A DNA stretch of 64,000 nt from Balanoglossus misakiensis (taxonomy: Eukaryota; Animalia; Hemichordata), in assembly GCA_040954595.2 (NCBI GenBank), contig CM082576.2, forward strand, positions 20,321,028 to 20,385,027. The letters run 5' to 3'. The position numbers were made by a program, and so were the translations under genes. A model generated the notes under the pieces. That model ran no database searches and was not told where the DNA came from. It saw only the letters and a program-made list of their open reading frames with translations. Positions within the stretch are counted from its first letter, which is position 1. Each line of letters opens with the position of its first letter. Below are positions 37,546 through 50,130 of the stretch, in pieces.

Positions 37546-38087
37546 TAGACTGTCGACAGTCCCTCGCGCCTAATATGTATCGATTCGGCGTTTCGTGGTG
37601 CGAGGGCCGTAAGGCCCGAGAGACTGTTATAGCTTGTAAGCCTTGCCTTGATATTAATTATGCATGCAGAAAATGACGTAGTAAAATTTGCATATGGGGG
37701 CGTAAATCAGCGGCGATACAACCAAAACTATCGATGACGGTTCCTCGGTAAATTCGCCGATCCTGTCCAAGAGAAAAGGTGCGATTTCATACGCCAAAGA
37801 CTTCCCAGTGCCCGTTGGCGATGCCACAAAAACATCTTTGCCGTTTATGAGTTTATGACGTATATTAACTGTCAATCATTTTACAGGGGCATTTTCCCAC
37901 AGTGCCCGTGTGAGGGCGAAACAAGGTATAACAGTCCCTCGGGCCACGCCCACGCCCGAGGCCTTACGGCCATCGCACCACGAAACGCCGAATCGGGCCT
38001 TCGGCCCTCAAAAGATACGGACCTTACGGCCCTCGAACGAAACGCCGAGTCGATACACATTAGGCGCGAGGGACTGTCGACAGTCTA
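37546..38087 (-). mobile_element. AcademH-like mini element with a RecQ helicase fragment
   Basis: TAG...CTA termini, TIRs of about 50 bp, 8-bp TSD atcatggc. Minus-strand GKDVFVASPTGTGKSLAYEIAPF...IVLVVSPLI matches RecQ motifs I and Ia. Confidence 0.85.
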
Positions 38088-38842
38088 ATCATGGCAAGTT
38101 GATCATGTCAAAACAAACGACGATGTTAGATAGCAGTGCTTCGCAAGTTTGACTAATTTGTATGAAAATCGTCTCGCCAAACTTTTTTCTCGCGGGGAGC
38201 AAAAACACTGCTGGCTAATCCGTTCCGATTTCTGCCCCTGTTCCAATTCTTCCGCAACACCTCAAAGCTACACACCACCGCCAAAAACATAAAGCTACAC
38301 ACCCCTACTAGAAAATGGTATGAATTCTTGACGGATGGAAGTAGTTTGACAGACGGCGAAAGATGCAGTGTGCAACTGAAACTGCTGCATCAGAGTTCTT
38401 GTGCTCCAACTGCAGGAAGGATTGTCATTCCCGTATTGGTCTGACAAGCCACTCACGAAGCTGTTTTAAATCATAGTGCATCATGCCATAGTCTCTCGAG
38501 ACTGAAGGTTGCCTACTAGTAGCTCATACCCAACTTGACAGACTCCCCTGTTTACACTTCGGAGCCAAAAAATGAGTTTGTTGTCTCGTGCATGATATTT
38601 TTGGCTTTCAAACACTACCTTGTTAAATGTAATGTGGTTACTACATTGTTTGTTTATCAGTATACAGTACTGGTACAGATAAACATATGTAATGACCAAG
38701 TTATAATATGCCAGATGATATTTATTAAGTTTCACACAATTTTGCTCTCTTATCGTATATTTTCAAATGTGTACTCAAAGAAAACTGTAATTCACATGTA
38801 TTCATTCTAACACATTTTATGATATTTGTGTTTTCCCCGCAG

Positions 38843-38954
38843 ATGACAATGAGTGCGATCAAGCTGGTTGGTCACCATGCCAACAAGTAGATTGCAACAC
38901 ACCAACCAGTTACCAGAGTGTGGTTGCAGACCAGGATTCAACATACATGCGTTT
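38843..38954 (+). pseudogene. Degenerate calcium-binding EGF exon 4
   Basis: ccgcag acceptor; DDNECDQAGWSPCQQ..NTPTSY then frameshift to CGCRPGF; gtgagt donor. Confidence 0.7.
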
Positions 38955-39109
38955 GTGAGTATCTACAATTTGGAGAGAAAGTAAGATGTATGGGTTTGTA
39001 CTTAGTGTCTTATACATGTATATATGACACTGAAATCATATATTGTACAATCAGTCATTGGTAAATGTCTGCTATTCATGACACAGATCAACATACAGTC
39101 AAACCTGTT

Positions 39110-40200
39110 AGTGTGGTATGATGTGTATTCCCGTAGGATTTTTGTGCTAAAATAGATTTTTTTGCTGTTTTGGCTTCTATGGGGACCCAACTACCCGAAA
39201 ATGATGGGGTGCAATTTTAAGGGCCCCTCCATCATATTTTTCTGGGGGGGGGGGGGAGGTACTTCCGTTTTGTGGTATGATGTGTATTCCCGTAGGATTT
39301 TTGTGCTAAAATTGATTTTTTTGCTGTTTTGGCTTCTATGGGGACCCAACTACCCGAAAATGATGGGGTGCAATTTTTAAGGCCCCTCCATCAATTTTTT
39401 TCGGGGGGTCTCTTCTGTTGTGGTCACTCGAGGATATTTGTTCACCTATTTACTCTATCATCATGGGAATTTGGGCTACAATTAATTTATTTTTGTGGTT
39501 TTTGCCTTGGAGGGGACCCACCTGGCCAAAAATAATCGGGTGCAAATTATAGGGCCCCTCCATCATTTTTTATTTGGGGGAGGGGCCACTTCCATTTTGG
39601 CCACTCCGAAGTTGTTTGTTGGCCTATTTACTCTATTATCATGGGAATTTGGGCTACAATTAATTTGTTTTTGTTGTTTTTGCTTTGGAGGGGACCCACC
39701 TGGCCAAAAATAATAGGGTGCAAATTATAGGCCCCCCATCATTTTTTGTTGGGGGGGGGGGGGGGCACTTCCATTTTGGCCACTCCGAAGTTGTTTGTTG
39801 GCTGATTTACTCCCTTCTCATACAATATTTTGCTAAAAATATTATTTTTCTTTGATGTTTTGGTTTCAATGGGGCTCCACCAGAACTAAAATGATGGGAT
39901 TCAAATTTTTGGAACCTTCCATCATGTCTTGGGGGGGGGGGGGGTAATCATTTTTGTTTTAGCCACCCTGAAGATACTTGTTCACCTATTTACTATACGG
40001 TTAGTATTGTCGTGGTATTTCTTGCAATTTGGTTTGCTCCTTTGGCTTGAATGCAGACTGACTGCCGATAAGTGATGGTGTGCAAAATGTTGGACCCCTT
40101 TACCACATTTGTTTTTTTTTGGGGGGGGGAGGGGGGGGGTTCCCTATATTTGTTTTCGCCAACCCGTTGTAACAGTTGTTTTTTAATCGTAGATTTTTTC
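39110..40200. repeat. Degenerate 160-180 bp tandem repeat with G runs
   Basis: About six units containing ggggaccca...aaaatgatggggtgcaa...gcccctccatca...gggggg, directly before the start of copy 2. Confidence 0.8.
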
Positions 40201-40448
40201 GTTTATTCTAAATTTAGTATACTAAGGTAAATTAAAACTCCTTTATTAGCCTGATCGCATCACCCCGTCACACTTGGCAATGGGTTACTGTTTCAAAGTC
40301 TCAGTTTTGTCCTTTGACTCACTGGCTTTTATTAGAGGTTCCTACCTTTAAATGTTTCATAAAATGTTTAACCAAATCTGTCTACAATTGGAGTAGACAT
40401 TGTTTACATACACCTGTTGTTAAATAATTGTACTGTGTTGTATTTCAG

Positions 40449-40547
40449 ATTTTTGTCAGGAGCAGGTGAGAAATACAGTATGGTTTCAGAAGGTCTGAGT
40501 ACTGCAGTGCAGTTATTTGACGATATGAAGAGTTTACGATATTCAAG
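40449..40547 (+). pseudogene. MED25: MED25-like VWA exon (copy 2)
   Basis: [32 protein letters not shown] with ag/gt boundaries. Confidence 0.85.
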
Positions 40548-40746
40548 GTAATTATGGTAAAATTCTGAGGTTAAAGATCATTCTCTAGTTATAGCCCCCA
40601 CTTTTTGAGGTGGTTTATCTGTATGTAAAGCTCACCATGTCAACCAGGAAATGATTCCATACCGACAGTAAAGTACAACTCACATGTGAAGTACATTGAA
40701 ACCTGCCTAGTAAGGGCACCTCTGGGATCACACAACATGTCCTTAA

Positions 40747-41269
40747 AGGGATACAGGCTCTCTCTCCCGCTCGCTGCCCCTTATTCAATTAATTATATTT
40801 GATACAAGACACTATTTATGTTATTCTACATGTGGATATATAGTGAATCAATATTCAACCACACACAAAGTATATTTATTTATTCTTTAATTCAGGCCGT
40901 ATGCCCATACTGTAAAAAAAACATACAAAACAAACCCAGAAACAACTCCATAAAAGAAAGACACAAAAGAAAAAAAAATCCCAAAAACTTAATGAAGAAC
41001 AACCCTGCAATGCCCCCAGAAAGTAGATAAAAAGTAACATATATACTGCTTGTGGACATGAGTGATAAAACTCGCCAAAATGAATAATCAGTCTCTGCCA
41101 TTTATTCGTTTTGGGTGAGTTTTTACTCCCATATCATACACGCGGGATGGAAGTTGTGTATGGTTGAACGTTCATTCACTACATATACACATGTACATTA
41201 ACATAAACAGTGTCTTGTATCAAACATTATTAATGGAAAAAAGGGCAGCGAGAGAGAGACTTTGTCCCT
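40747..41269. mobile_element. Kolobok-like MITE without the HINE nest
   Basis: TTAA|aggg...ccct|TTAA with long inverted arms. Confidence 0.8.
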
Positions 41270-42161
41270 TTAATACAGAGGTGTCCTTAATAGAAATGTG
41301 CATGTAATATTCTATTCAAGCCATTACTTTTGTCTTGAACAATCTATCCTTAAAGGGAAAATCCGGTCCAGGTAATTTCTACATAATTTGGTAGCTTTGA
41401 GGTCACTCTTTCAGAAAAAAAAATATTTGTCATGTATAAGTCATCATATTTTTTTACAAAATCGAGGGAAAGTTGGCAGAATTTCTAATATGGCGTTTAC
41501 TGTAATTTGAATCATGGGAAAAAAAAGCACCAGGACCAACTTCCACCCACCTTGGTGTGGGTGATACCATTTTCCAATGGGTGTAACTGCGTGACTGCTT
41601 GGGTATCTGTTGCTAAGCAAATATTTGAAATCATACAATCCAGATTCTAAAGTTCAAAGGACAAATATACAACTTGTTTACATGGCCATTGACAACCAAT
41701 TCATCATATTGTGGTGATGTAGAACACCTTTTTTGTGGTTGTTAAAATTTTCATTACCCTAAATCGGTACTTCCGTAAAATGGTTGTAATATTTTTATTA
41801 ATATTTATTACACATCACATATTATTATTCGCTCTTGGTTGGCTAATACTTTATATGCCAGAACTTCATGACCTCTGCACACGATCTGAGGCTTACAGAA
41901 GTTATTTTCGCGAGTGATGCAGTGTATTCTGTTGCAGTACATGCACAAGCCAAGCCTATTATTCCCCATCATTTCAATGCCTGGCCAATGAATTACACAT
42001 CCCCTGAAAATTGTTGGTAGGTGGGCAATCAGTTTCCATGGTTAAATCCTGGATGAAACACTGGTACAGGTTCAAGACAAGTTTTGTGACATTGTGTGAA
42101 TCCACAGCAGAATTTTACATCAACTCTATAATCCTCCATTTTTGTAATGATTGTGTTTCAG

Positions 42162-45100
42162 GAAAATCTGTGTCTAGTGGTGATACGAAAGAGGATGCCA
42201 TAGTGAAACCTACAACCATAGCAACCAGTACAACCACTACCACAACACATCCACTGAAACCTGCATCAACAGTTACCATGGTTACAGGGCCTACCTCTGG
42301 TATGACCTCAAATCCTCTCAAATCAACTGTTGGAAGATCATCTCCAGGTAAAGTCTCCAGTGTTGCTTCCCAGCCATTGTCAAATTAAGTCCGCACATAA
42401 TTACACCTCCAAGTGAAGTGTGATATATAGTAGAATTATGTAAAGCCGCTCTGCCAAGGTATGTTTATTTCAGGCAGGGTCACCTTCTGAAAAAAACATC
42501 ACTTAGCCTCATGGGCTTTAATCAGATATATCCTAAGTTGTAACAAGTGGGAAGCACTTATAGGCTGACCAAGTCAAATCAAGTTGCAGGTTTTAATGAC
42601 TTTCCCAGGCACTGGTTATTTTAATTACCCAAGTTATAATTACTTATCACCCAATACTCATGCAGTCTGATTTACTCTGTCAAAGTACCCTATGGGATAT
42701 CCATGACAGATTGCAACAAATCCAGACTTGGTAGTTAAGTGTGGTATACCCATGGTAGCTTACTGTTTATGAAAACCATGAGAAAGATTACTATGTTTCA
42801 GTTACGCCATCTTGTATTTGTATATGCCTTGAGTAGCATCTGTCACATGTCACCTGGACAACCAAGTCAAATTGGAAGTCAGTCTCCACAAAAACTGTCG
42901 TCCTCTCAACAGAAACTGACTCAACCAAGTCAGCCCCAGATGAAGGGCCAAGGTCAAAGGACATCAATGCCTTCTGCCCAGCCTACCGCTTTTCCAAACC
43001 AACCAGTATCCACTGTCACAGCAAGCAGGACACAACAATCCAATGTGACTGTTTCAAGTATCCCCATGAGACAATTTTCATCCACCCAGGTACACTTGTG
43101 GTCTATCTTCTACTTTATGAGATTTAAATTAGCTGTTTCTAGTTACCCATCCTGTGAATTGAAAGCATTTTTTGACTGTTTCACATAGCCTTGTCTTACC
43201 ATTGTCTTTAAAGTAGAATATTTTTTTCAAAACACATTCAAAACTTCTGTTTTGGTTGCTAGAAGCCCACTCTGTCAATGCAAAGACTTATTTGGATAAT
43301 GCCACAGACTCAGAGATCAATTCCAATTTTAATGAGATTAATGTGAAAAGCCTAAACCCAATCCTGTCCAAATGTCGGTGTGTGTGTTGAAAATGGGACT
43401 TCAAGAGTTGCAAGTTCAACATCGAATTAAAAATTGGAAGTCATGAATTAAAAATGGTGGTTTGAATACTGGCCTTGATAATGCTCCATATTAACTAGGT
43501 TTGTTACTCTTTTTGGACAGGCAATTTCACCACCAAAGATGACTTCCCAGCAGGCACCAGCTGCTGCACTGAAAGCCGTAGAAGGTGTCATGCAAATGGC
43601 AAATGGTAGTCAGTTCAGTAAGACGCCACCAATTGCTGATGTGAATCCTATCAACTCCAAGCCCTAGAGATGGTCAGGTACTGATTCACAGCCACAAAGA
43701 GGTAGGTACAGTCAAACCTGTCTATACTGGCCAGTCAAGGGACTTTCCTAAACTGGCATTTATAGACAGGTGGCTTCTATAGACGGGTCAATTAATGTGC
43801 AATGTACATGTACATGAACTGAAACAAAGTGGCCACTATATAGTGGTGGAAACAAACACAGATTTGTTGCCACTGCAGTCATTTCGATTGGTTTGATTAT
43901 ACTTTGCCAAAACCTGAGGAAAAAAATATTCAAGTTCCCCTTTTCATATTCTCCTATCAATGGTATAATCCGCCAATGTCATGGTAAAATTTTGGTGACA
44001 TTTTCTGCTAACTGCTAAAGGCAAATTAACATTTGTTTTTTTTCAGTATTTTTTTCACTGAAGGAATTAACCCTAGTTTCTTGTTCAGCTCTGGATAGCT
44101 TTATGAAATGTTCAGTCTTTAGCTTTTCAATAGAACTTGTACATTAGTAATGGGCATTGTGAATATTAAATGAACTCAGACTAGAATTTATTTTTCAACA
44201 ATAACAATGTTGAACAATATGTAGAACACCATTGTTTGAAAACCAAACTCTGAGAACCTTGATCGTGCCATCTGTTCGACCGTGTCATTAGTTCGACCTT
44301 CCACTATTCTTTCGATAATTAATTATTTTATAACCTCAAAGTGTTGGACCAGTGCGTAATTGCCTACTGTGAATTTCCAGCCATTTGTTTCTGGTTGAAT
44401 TTTTGGCGTGATTACGGTAATTCTTAATGTTTTACAGAGTAGAATAAGACATCACGGCTGATATCCAAAGTTAATGTTGGAGTTATTTAAGCAATAAAAC
44501 ACCCCCAGCCATGGTATACCACGAGATTTTGACCAGTTCACGACATATACGCATGAGTGATAGCGAGTGCGTATATGGAGTTGAACTGGTCAAAATCAAG
44601 TGGTATACCATGGCTGGGGGTGTTTTATTGCTATTATATCATGCCAGTATATTGAAACTTTGCATAAAACATTTTAAAAAGGCATTTTCTTTGACTATGG
44701 TAAATGACTGTGGTATATGACTAATATATCACAGTCACGTGTCGTGTCTCGACCAATAAAATAGTGTGATTTACACCATCAATATACTGGTATACCATAA
44801 TAACGATTTAATACTACTGTGTTTACTTATGCAGTCATCGATGCAAACAGGAGTGCAGTCAACACAACCGACAGTACCTAATGTGAGCTGCAGCAAGAAT
44901 CCACCTGTCACCACTGGCACCAATGTTGTTCGAACTCTGACACAGCCACAAGTACATGTACAAAACCAGTCATTGGTATGTTATGTTATGAACTGAGTTA
45001 TAATACCCATCTATCCCTTTTGCCTGGCAAGTGACATTTTATCACTTTTCAGTATTTTAATAGAACTGCATTTGTATAATTTGTTACCTAACATGACATC

Positions 45101-46361
45101 AGAAGATGGCAGCTTGATGTCTTAACTGAGGACATTGGATGACCAGTAGATAAAGATTTTCTTTGATAAACACATATGGAAAAATATTATACGGGATACC
45201 ACAATGTTGTTTTCCCATTACCTGGAAATGACAATGCTTTGGGTCACATGGCCAGATCATGTGATTGATATTTAAGCAATAACCCCCACCGAAGGCGGGT
45301 ATACGCGATATTTGGGTACAATTCGAGATATATAGCACGAGCCGTCAGGCGAGTGCTATATGGAGGGAATTGTACCCAAATCAAGTGTATACCCGACTGA
45401 GGCGGGGGTTATTGCTATTATATTATATCAACAATTGTTTTTGTGGCATATCAGTGTCATTTTCTTACCGAAACGGCGTCAGAAAGAGAAATTACGATCG
45501 TGAACCAACATGGCGACAATGAATGTAAACACGAGCAGCCGGGATCGAGCATTAAACATGAAGCAGACGACAAAAAGTGACAAGACTGGCATTGCGCGTG
45601 ATAAAGTGACAAATATTTTCACAGAGCAGTTCCAAAATGAAACATCTGTTCATTCAACAGTATTTTTGTTTTATTTATTTGATTTAAACACGCGCGACTG
45701 TGGTTTAACCGCACATTTTTGCTGCCATATGCTAGTTCAGCGGCCCGTTTTAGCAGTGCATTATTGAGTATTATATTATACCAGTATATTGATGGTGTAA
45801 ATCACGCTATTTGATTGGTCGAGACACGACACGTGACCGTGATATATTAGCCATATACCACAGTCATATATCATAGTCAAAGAAAATGCCTTTTTAAAAG
45901 GTTTTATGCAAAGTTTCAATATACTGGCATAATATAATAGCATTAAAACACCCCCAGCCATGGTATACCACGAGATTTTGACCAGTTCAACTCCATATAC
46001 GCACTCGCTATCGCTCGTGCGTATATGTTGTGAACTGGTCAAAATCTCGTGGTATACCATGGCTAGGGATGTTTTATTGCTTAATTTTAGCATCGCTGGA
46101 TTGAGCTCTCGTCCAATCAGAATTGTGGACGGTAGCATGATATAATATAATACAGAATTATTTACAGTCATGATTTGTATGTGTTATTACAGGCTAATAC
46201 CAGTACTTCACTACCGATGGATCTGGACATACCAGTGCCCTCTACAGCTCAAGTGCATCAAGTTGACTCACCAGCAGCAAGTTGATCCACAACAACAAAA
46301 ACAACAACAACAACAACAGCAGAAAAGTGTTGTTTGGCACGGAGCCTTGGAATGGCAAGAG
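42162..46361 (+). pseudogene. MED25: MED25-like linker and ACID-start exons (copy 2)
   Basis: Exons at about 42162-42347, 42837-43089, 43521-43701 (TAG at 43665), 44835-44975 and 46193-46361 (…KSVVWHGALEWQE). Confidence 0.7.
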
Positions 46362-46524
46362 GTGTGTACAGCTCACATACAAATAACCAATTAAAACAAT
46401 TGACTGTAGGTCAATGGGGTTATTGTGGTTGGATCATGTTGGATAGTGAGCATTTTTTAGGGTGCTTCCAGATGTATCTTTGGAGGGTACACATTACACA
46501 AATTATGAGCTTGGCTGAACAACG

Positions 46525-46793
46525 TGTGGTAGTACCCATCAAGGAAATACACAGATTGGTCTTTCATCCAGAGGCACACAGTGTACATGCAATGCAATCA
46601 TTTCCCTTTGTACGTCTTAACAAAGCAACCTTATACGACAGGAGCAGATTTAGATAAAAAATTTCATCTGGGTGATAAACTATATAAGTCCACTGTTACT
46701 TGGGATTTGAAACTCAATGATAATTTTGTTAGTGACATTCTCATGTTGGATGACCTACAACACTTTGTATTCATTAATTCATTGCATAAGTAG
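46525..46793 (+). pseudogene. Peptidase C76-like remnant (copy 2)
   Basis: CGSTHQGNTQIGLSSRGTQCTCNAIISLC, frameshift, ADLDKKFHLGDKLY. Confidence 0.7.
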
Positions 46794-47934
46794 AGGTGAA
46801 ATATTTAAATAATAACACATGTTAGCGAGGGCAATATCATGATCTTTTGCCTGCACAAGGGATGGTGATTGGAGTCAATTTTTTTCCCCACAGCAATCAC
46901 TTGGTGCCATGTTTCAAAACTCACGCACTGTGGTGTTCCAGTTTATGAATAACAGCCAGGAAGCATACATATCTCTCTTCAGAATAATGTCTGGAGGATT
47001 TGTAAGTATTATCTTATAATTGCACTGTAAAATTAAAGGATCATGTCAATTGTACTGCCATGCACCTGCAACTGACACTTTACATATTAAAGGCCATTTT
47101 CTCAATCTCAGGGCAGAACAATGAAGACAAATAAGAAATCCTTTGTGTTAGCACGCAACTGTTGAGCAGGGCCTTTAAAGGGTCACTGTGTCTGCAATTT
47201 CTATTTTTAGCATTTTGTTCTGTATATCAACTGCACTTTCAAGTACAGTCAAACCCGTCTAACACCAAAGGGACTGAAGAAATTGTTTGGATTGCAGGTG
47301 TCCAATTTAAAGAGGTTCAACATGTGGTTGTAGATACTCACCAACACATGTGTGTAATTAGTGAGTGGTTGCATGACATCAATGCATGACAAAAGCTCAT
47401 CACTATGTAAGACTCAGAAATAGAATTTGAATACAAATCTTATTAAACAAAAAAAACTCTAAAATTTACATGTTATTTTAACACCTGTTTACTCCTATAA
47501 AAGTGATTGCATGTGTTTGTGAGTTCTCTTCAATCCAGAAGCCATTTTGTAGGCCTTAGTTGGTGCATGCAGTTCCTAGACTTAGAAATAAAGTTTGGTT
47601 GAACTCAAACGCCTCAAGTCCAGTTGACCATCTCACACTTCTGGCACTGGTGGGATTCAAACCAACTCCATCAAAATAACTGCAGGTGCCTAAAACCGCT
47701 TGACTGTAGGACATAAATGCCTGACAGTGATATAACTATATTATAATGTTACATCGACAATATATAAGTTTTGGGATATTTTGTCTCAAATGATCAAATT
47801 GAGACAAATTATCCCCATCTTGTTATAAATCTGACCCCAGGTGTCTTTGGTGTGACATTCCAGTAGTCAAGAGTAGGCTTATCTTGAATAATGTAATGCT
47901 TGTAAATAATTTCTAATTTCTTCTTACCTTCCAG

Positions 47935-48057
47935 ATATGAATGAATGTCACAGTGGTGGAAATGCATGTCAACACTGTTGTCAGAATACCCATGGTAGTT
48001 ATCTCTGCGCTTGCAGACCAGGATTCTATCTGCTGGAAGATGGCCATGCATGTGACG
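47935..48057 (+). CDS. Calcium-binding EGF-like exon 1 (copy 2)
   Basis: DMNECHSGGNACQHCCQNTHGSYLCACRPGFYLLEDGHACD; intact pyrimidine tract and donor. Confidence 0.85.
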
Positions 48058-48888
48058 GTATGTAACTGTGGATTTTGGTCTCTTCTGTGGCTACATTATT
48101 TGGGGATTGTATATTGCTATGGTTACAATCAGCTAAACATTGGTCTCTTCTGTGGCTACATTGTTTGGGGATTGTATATTGCTATGGTTACAATCAGCTA
48201 AACATTGGTCTCTTCTGTGGCTACACTGTTTTTGGGGATTGCATATTGCTATGGTTACAATCAGCTAAACACACATCCTGTCTATCCATTGCACACATTT
48301 TAAAATTTGAAATCAACCGCACACTCGTACTGAACACATGTTTGTTGAAATTGTATCTTAGAATTTTTCCAATTTTAATTATGCATAATATAAACAAATT
48401 AACAAATGTGAAAACTTATCTTTGAAAATGTGTTTGCAAGGGTGAAAAAGTAATCTGTATTTTAAAAATCAGACAAAGTTTTGCTGACAGGGTACACAAG
48501 TTTCAGGGGATTTTGGAGAGAGTGTTACAATTCCTAGGAAGAGATTGCCAAGGATATTGAGGACTTTGGTGTAAACACAATTAATTGATCAAGAAATATG
48601 TGGTTAAGAATATGTGTCATCAACCTCACACGACACTATAAGACTGTCTGATATATTCATGTACAAGTATTTTCACTACTTATTTGCATAATTCATTGAA
48701 ATTAACATAAATTATCAACCTATAGCTAAGTAAATTACCTCTGCAAAGAATAAATATACACTTAGAAAATTCATATAGTTTTCATCAAATTTTAAAGACA
48801 TTACAAAATGCTTCTCTGAGGGTACAGTAATTTTTAACGGGTATATTCTTGATAACTCATCACCGTGAATGATCATTTCAAAACTTAA

Positions 48889-49683
48889 GATGGGACCCCT
48901 TATCTTTTTGCCCGTTGCTATGGGCCTTTACAGGACATTACACTCAATTTTGATCGAAACCGTTATAAACGTCCGACAAGGGGCTTGTAACTAGTTAAAA
49001 ATACGCACGATAGTGTGCACACACTCTGTCCGAGTATGGTTACGGCAGCTACCGCCCGGCCATAGGCCGCCACGCTAATACGGCAAAGCAGCGGTCAGCG
49101 ATAGCGTGCGCGTCCCGTAACCACAGTAACTGGATCGAATGCTAAAAATCCAATGTTTTGTACACAGAGATTTTGCACCGTTCACAAAAATCCCTAAGCC
49201 TTTTTTCACAGGCGACGTAGGCCAGCCGAATTTGACCTGCTTGTTGAGAACGTACTTCCGCACAGTGTGACAGATCGTTTTTTCAGTTTTCGTCGTGCTA
49301 AGAAGCGATACCGGTGGAATAGTGCGTCCAAAAACACCCAAAATCGATGACTTTTTCAGGTGTGGTACGGGTATGCTGAAATCGTAGGATACAACGATAA
49401 TATTCGAAAACAAAATCCGTCACGATCTTCCCTGGTTCGAGCAACTAATGAATACGTATCAAGTTCGTTTTTTAGGTCACGGAATAAAAAGCCTTAGGCT
49501 TTTTGAAATTTGACCTAGCTAAATTGCATATCAATGGCGTCAGGGGGCGCGCGCTCACAATCGTGCAGATTTTCAACTTGTTGCCAGCCCCTTGTTAGAC
49601 TCTGAAAACGGCTTAGTCCAAATCGGGGTGTAATGTCCTATATAGGCCCATAGCAACGGGCAAAAAGATACGGGGGACCCATC
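48889..49683. mobile_element. Kolobok-like MITE (copy 2 only)
   Basis: TTAA|gatggg..tatctttttgcccgttgctatgggcct...aggcccatagcaacgggcaaaaagata..cccatc|TTAA. Empty site aaacttaacaagg near 21503. Confidence 0.85.
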
Positions 49684-50013
49684 TTAACAAGGCATATGGC
49701 TAAAGAGGATTCAGTGTTTGTGCACCTTCTATCCACAATGCTGGATCTATTGACAGTTTTCAAAGGGGTTTTTAAGACTCGTCCTTTTATTCAGCACTAT
49801 TTCATTCCATTGCTTTTTTGGTTTATAGGGATTGTCTTTCAGAACTGTTTCTGTTTGTTTGGGGTTTTTAAGTGTAATTTTTATCCTTTAAGCTTTCACT
49901 TGTTTTCTAATTTTATTATTTTCTGTAGAAAATGCACTGAGATGGATGTGTATTACATTTGTTAGGAAATAAATAATAATAAATTTATTAATAATAACTA
50001 TCATTGATTTCAG

Positions 50014-50130
50014 ATGTCAATGAATATATGGAGAGAGCAGATCTTTGTGGAGGCCAGTGTGTGAATACAGCAGGCTCTTTTTATTGCACTTGTGCTGTGG
50101 AATATTGATTGGTCAATGGAGAGTGTACAG
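50014..50130 (+). pseudogene. Degenerate calcium-binding EGF exon 2 (copy 2)
   Basis: DVNEYMERADLCGGQCVNTAGSFYCTCAVEY*LVNGECT. Confidence 0.8.

Noticed and set aside
37654-37875. Cellular RecQ helicase gene
   Set aside because: Only motifs I and Ia are present, enclosed by TIRs and a TSD.
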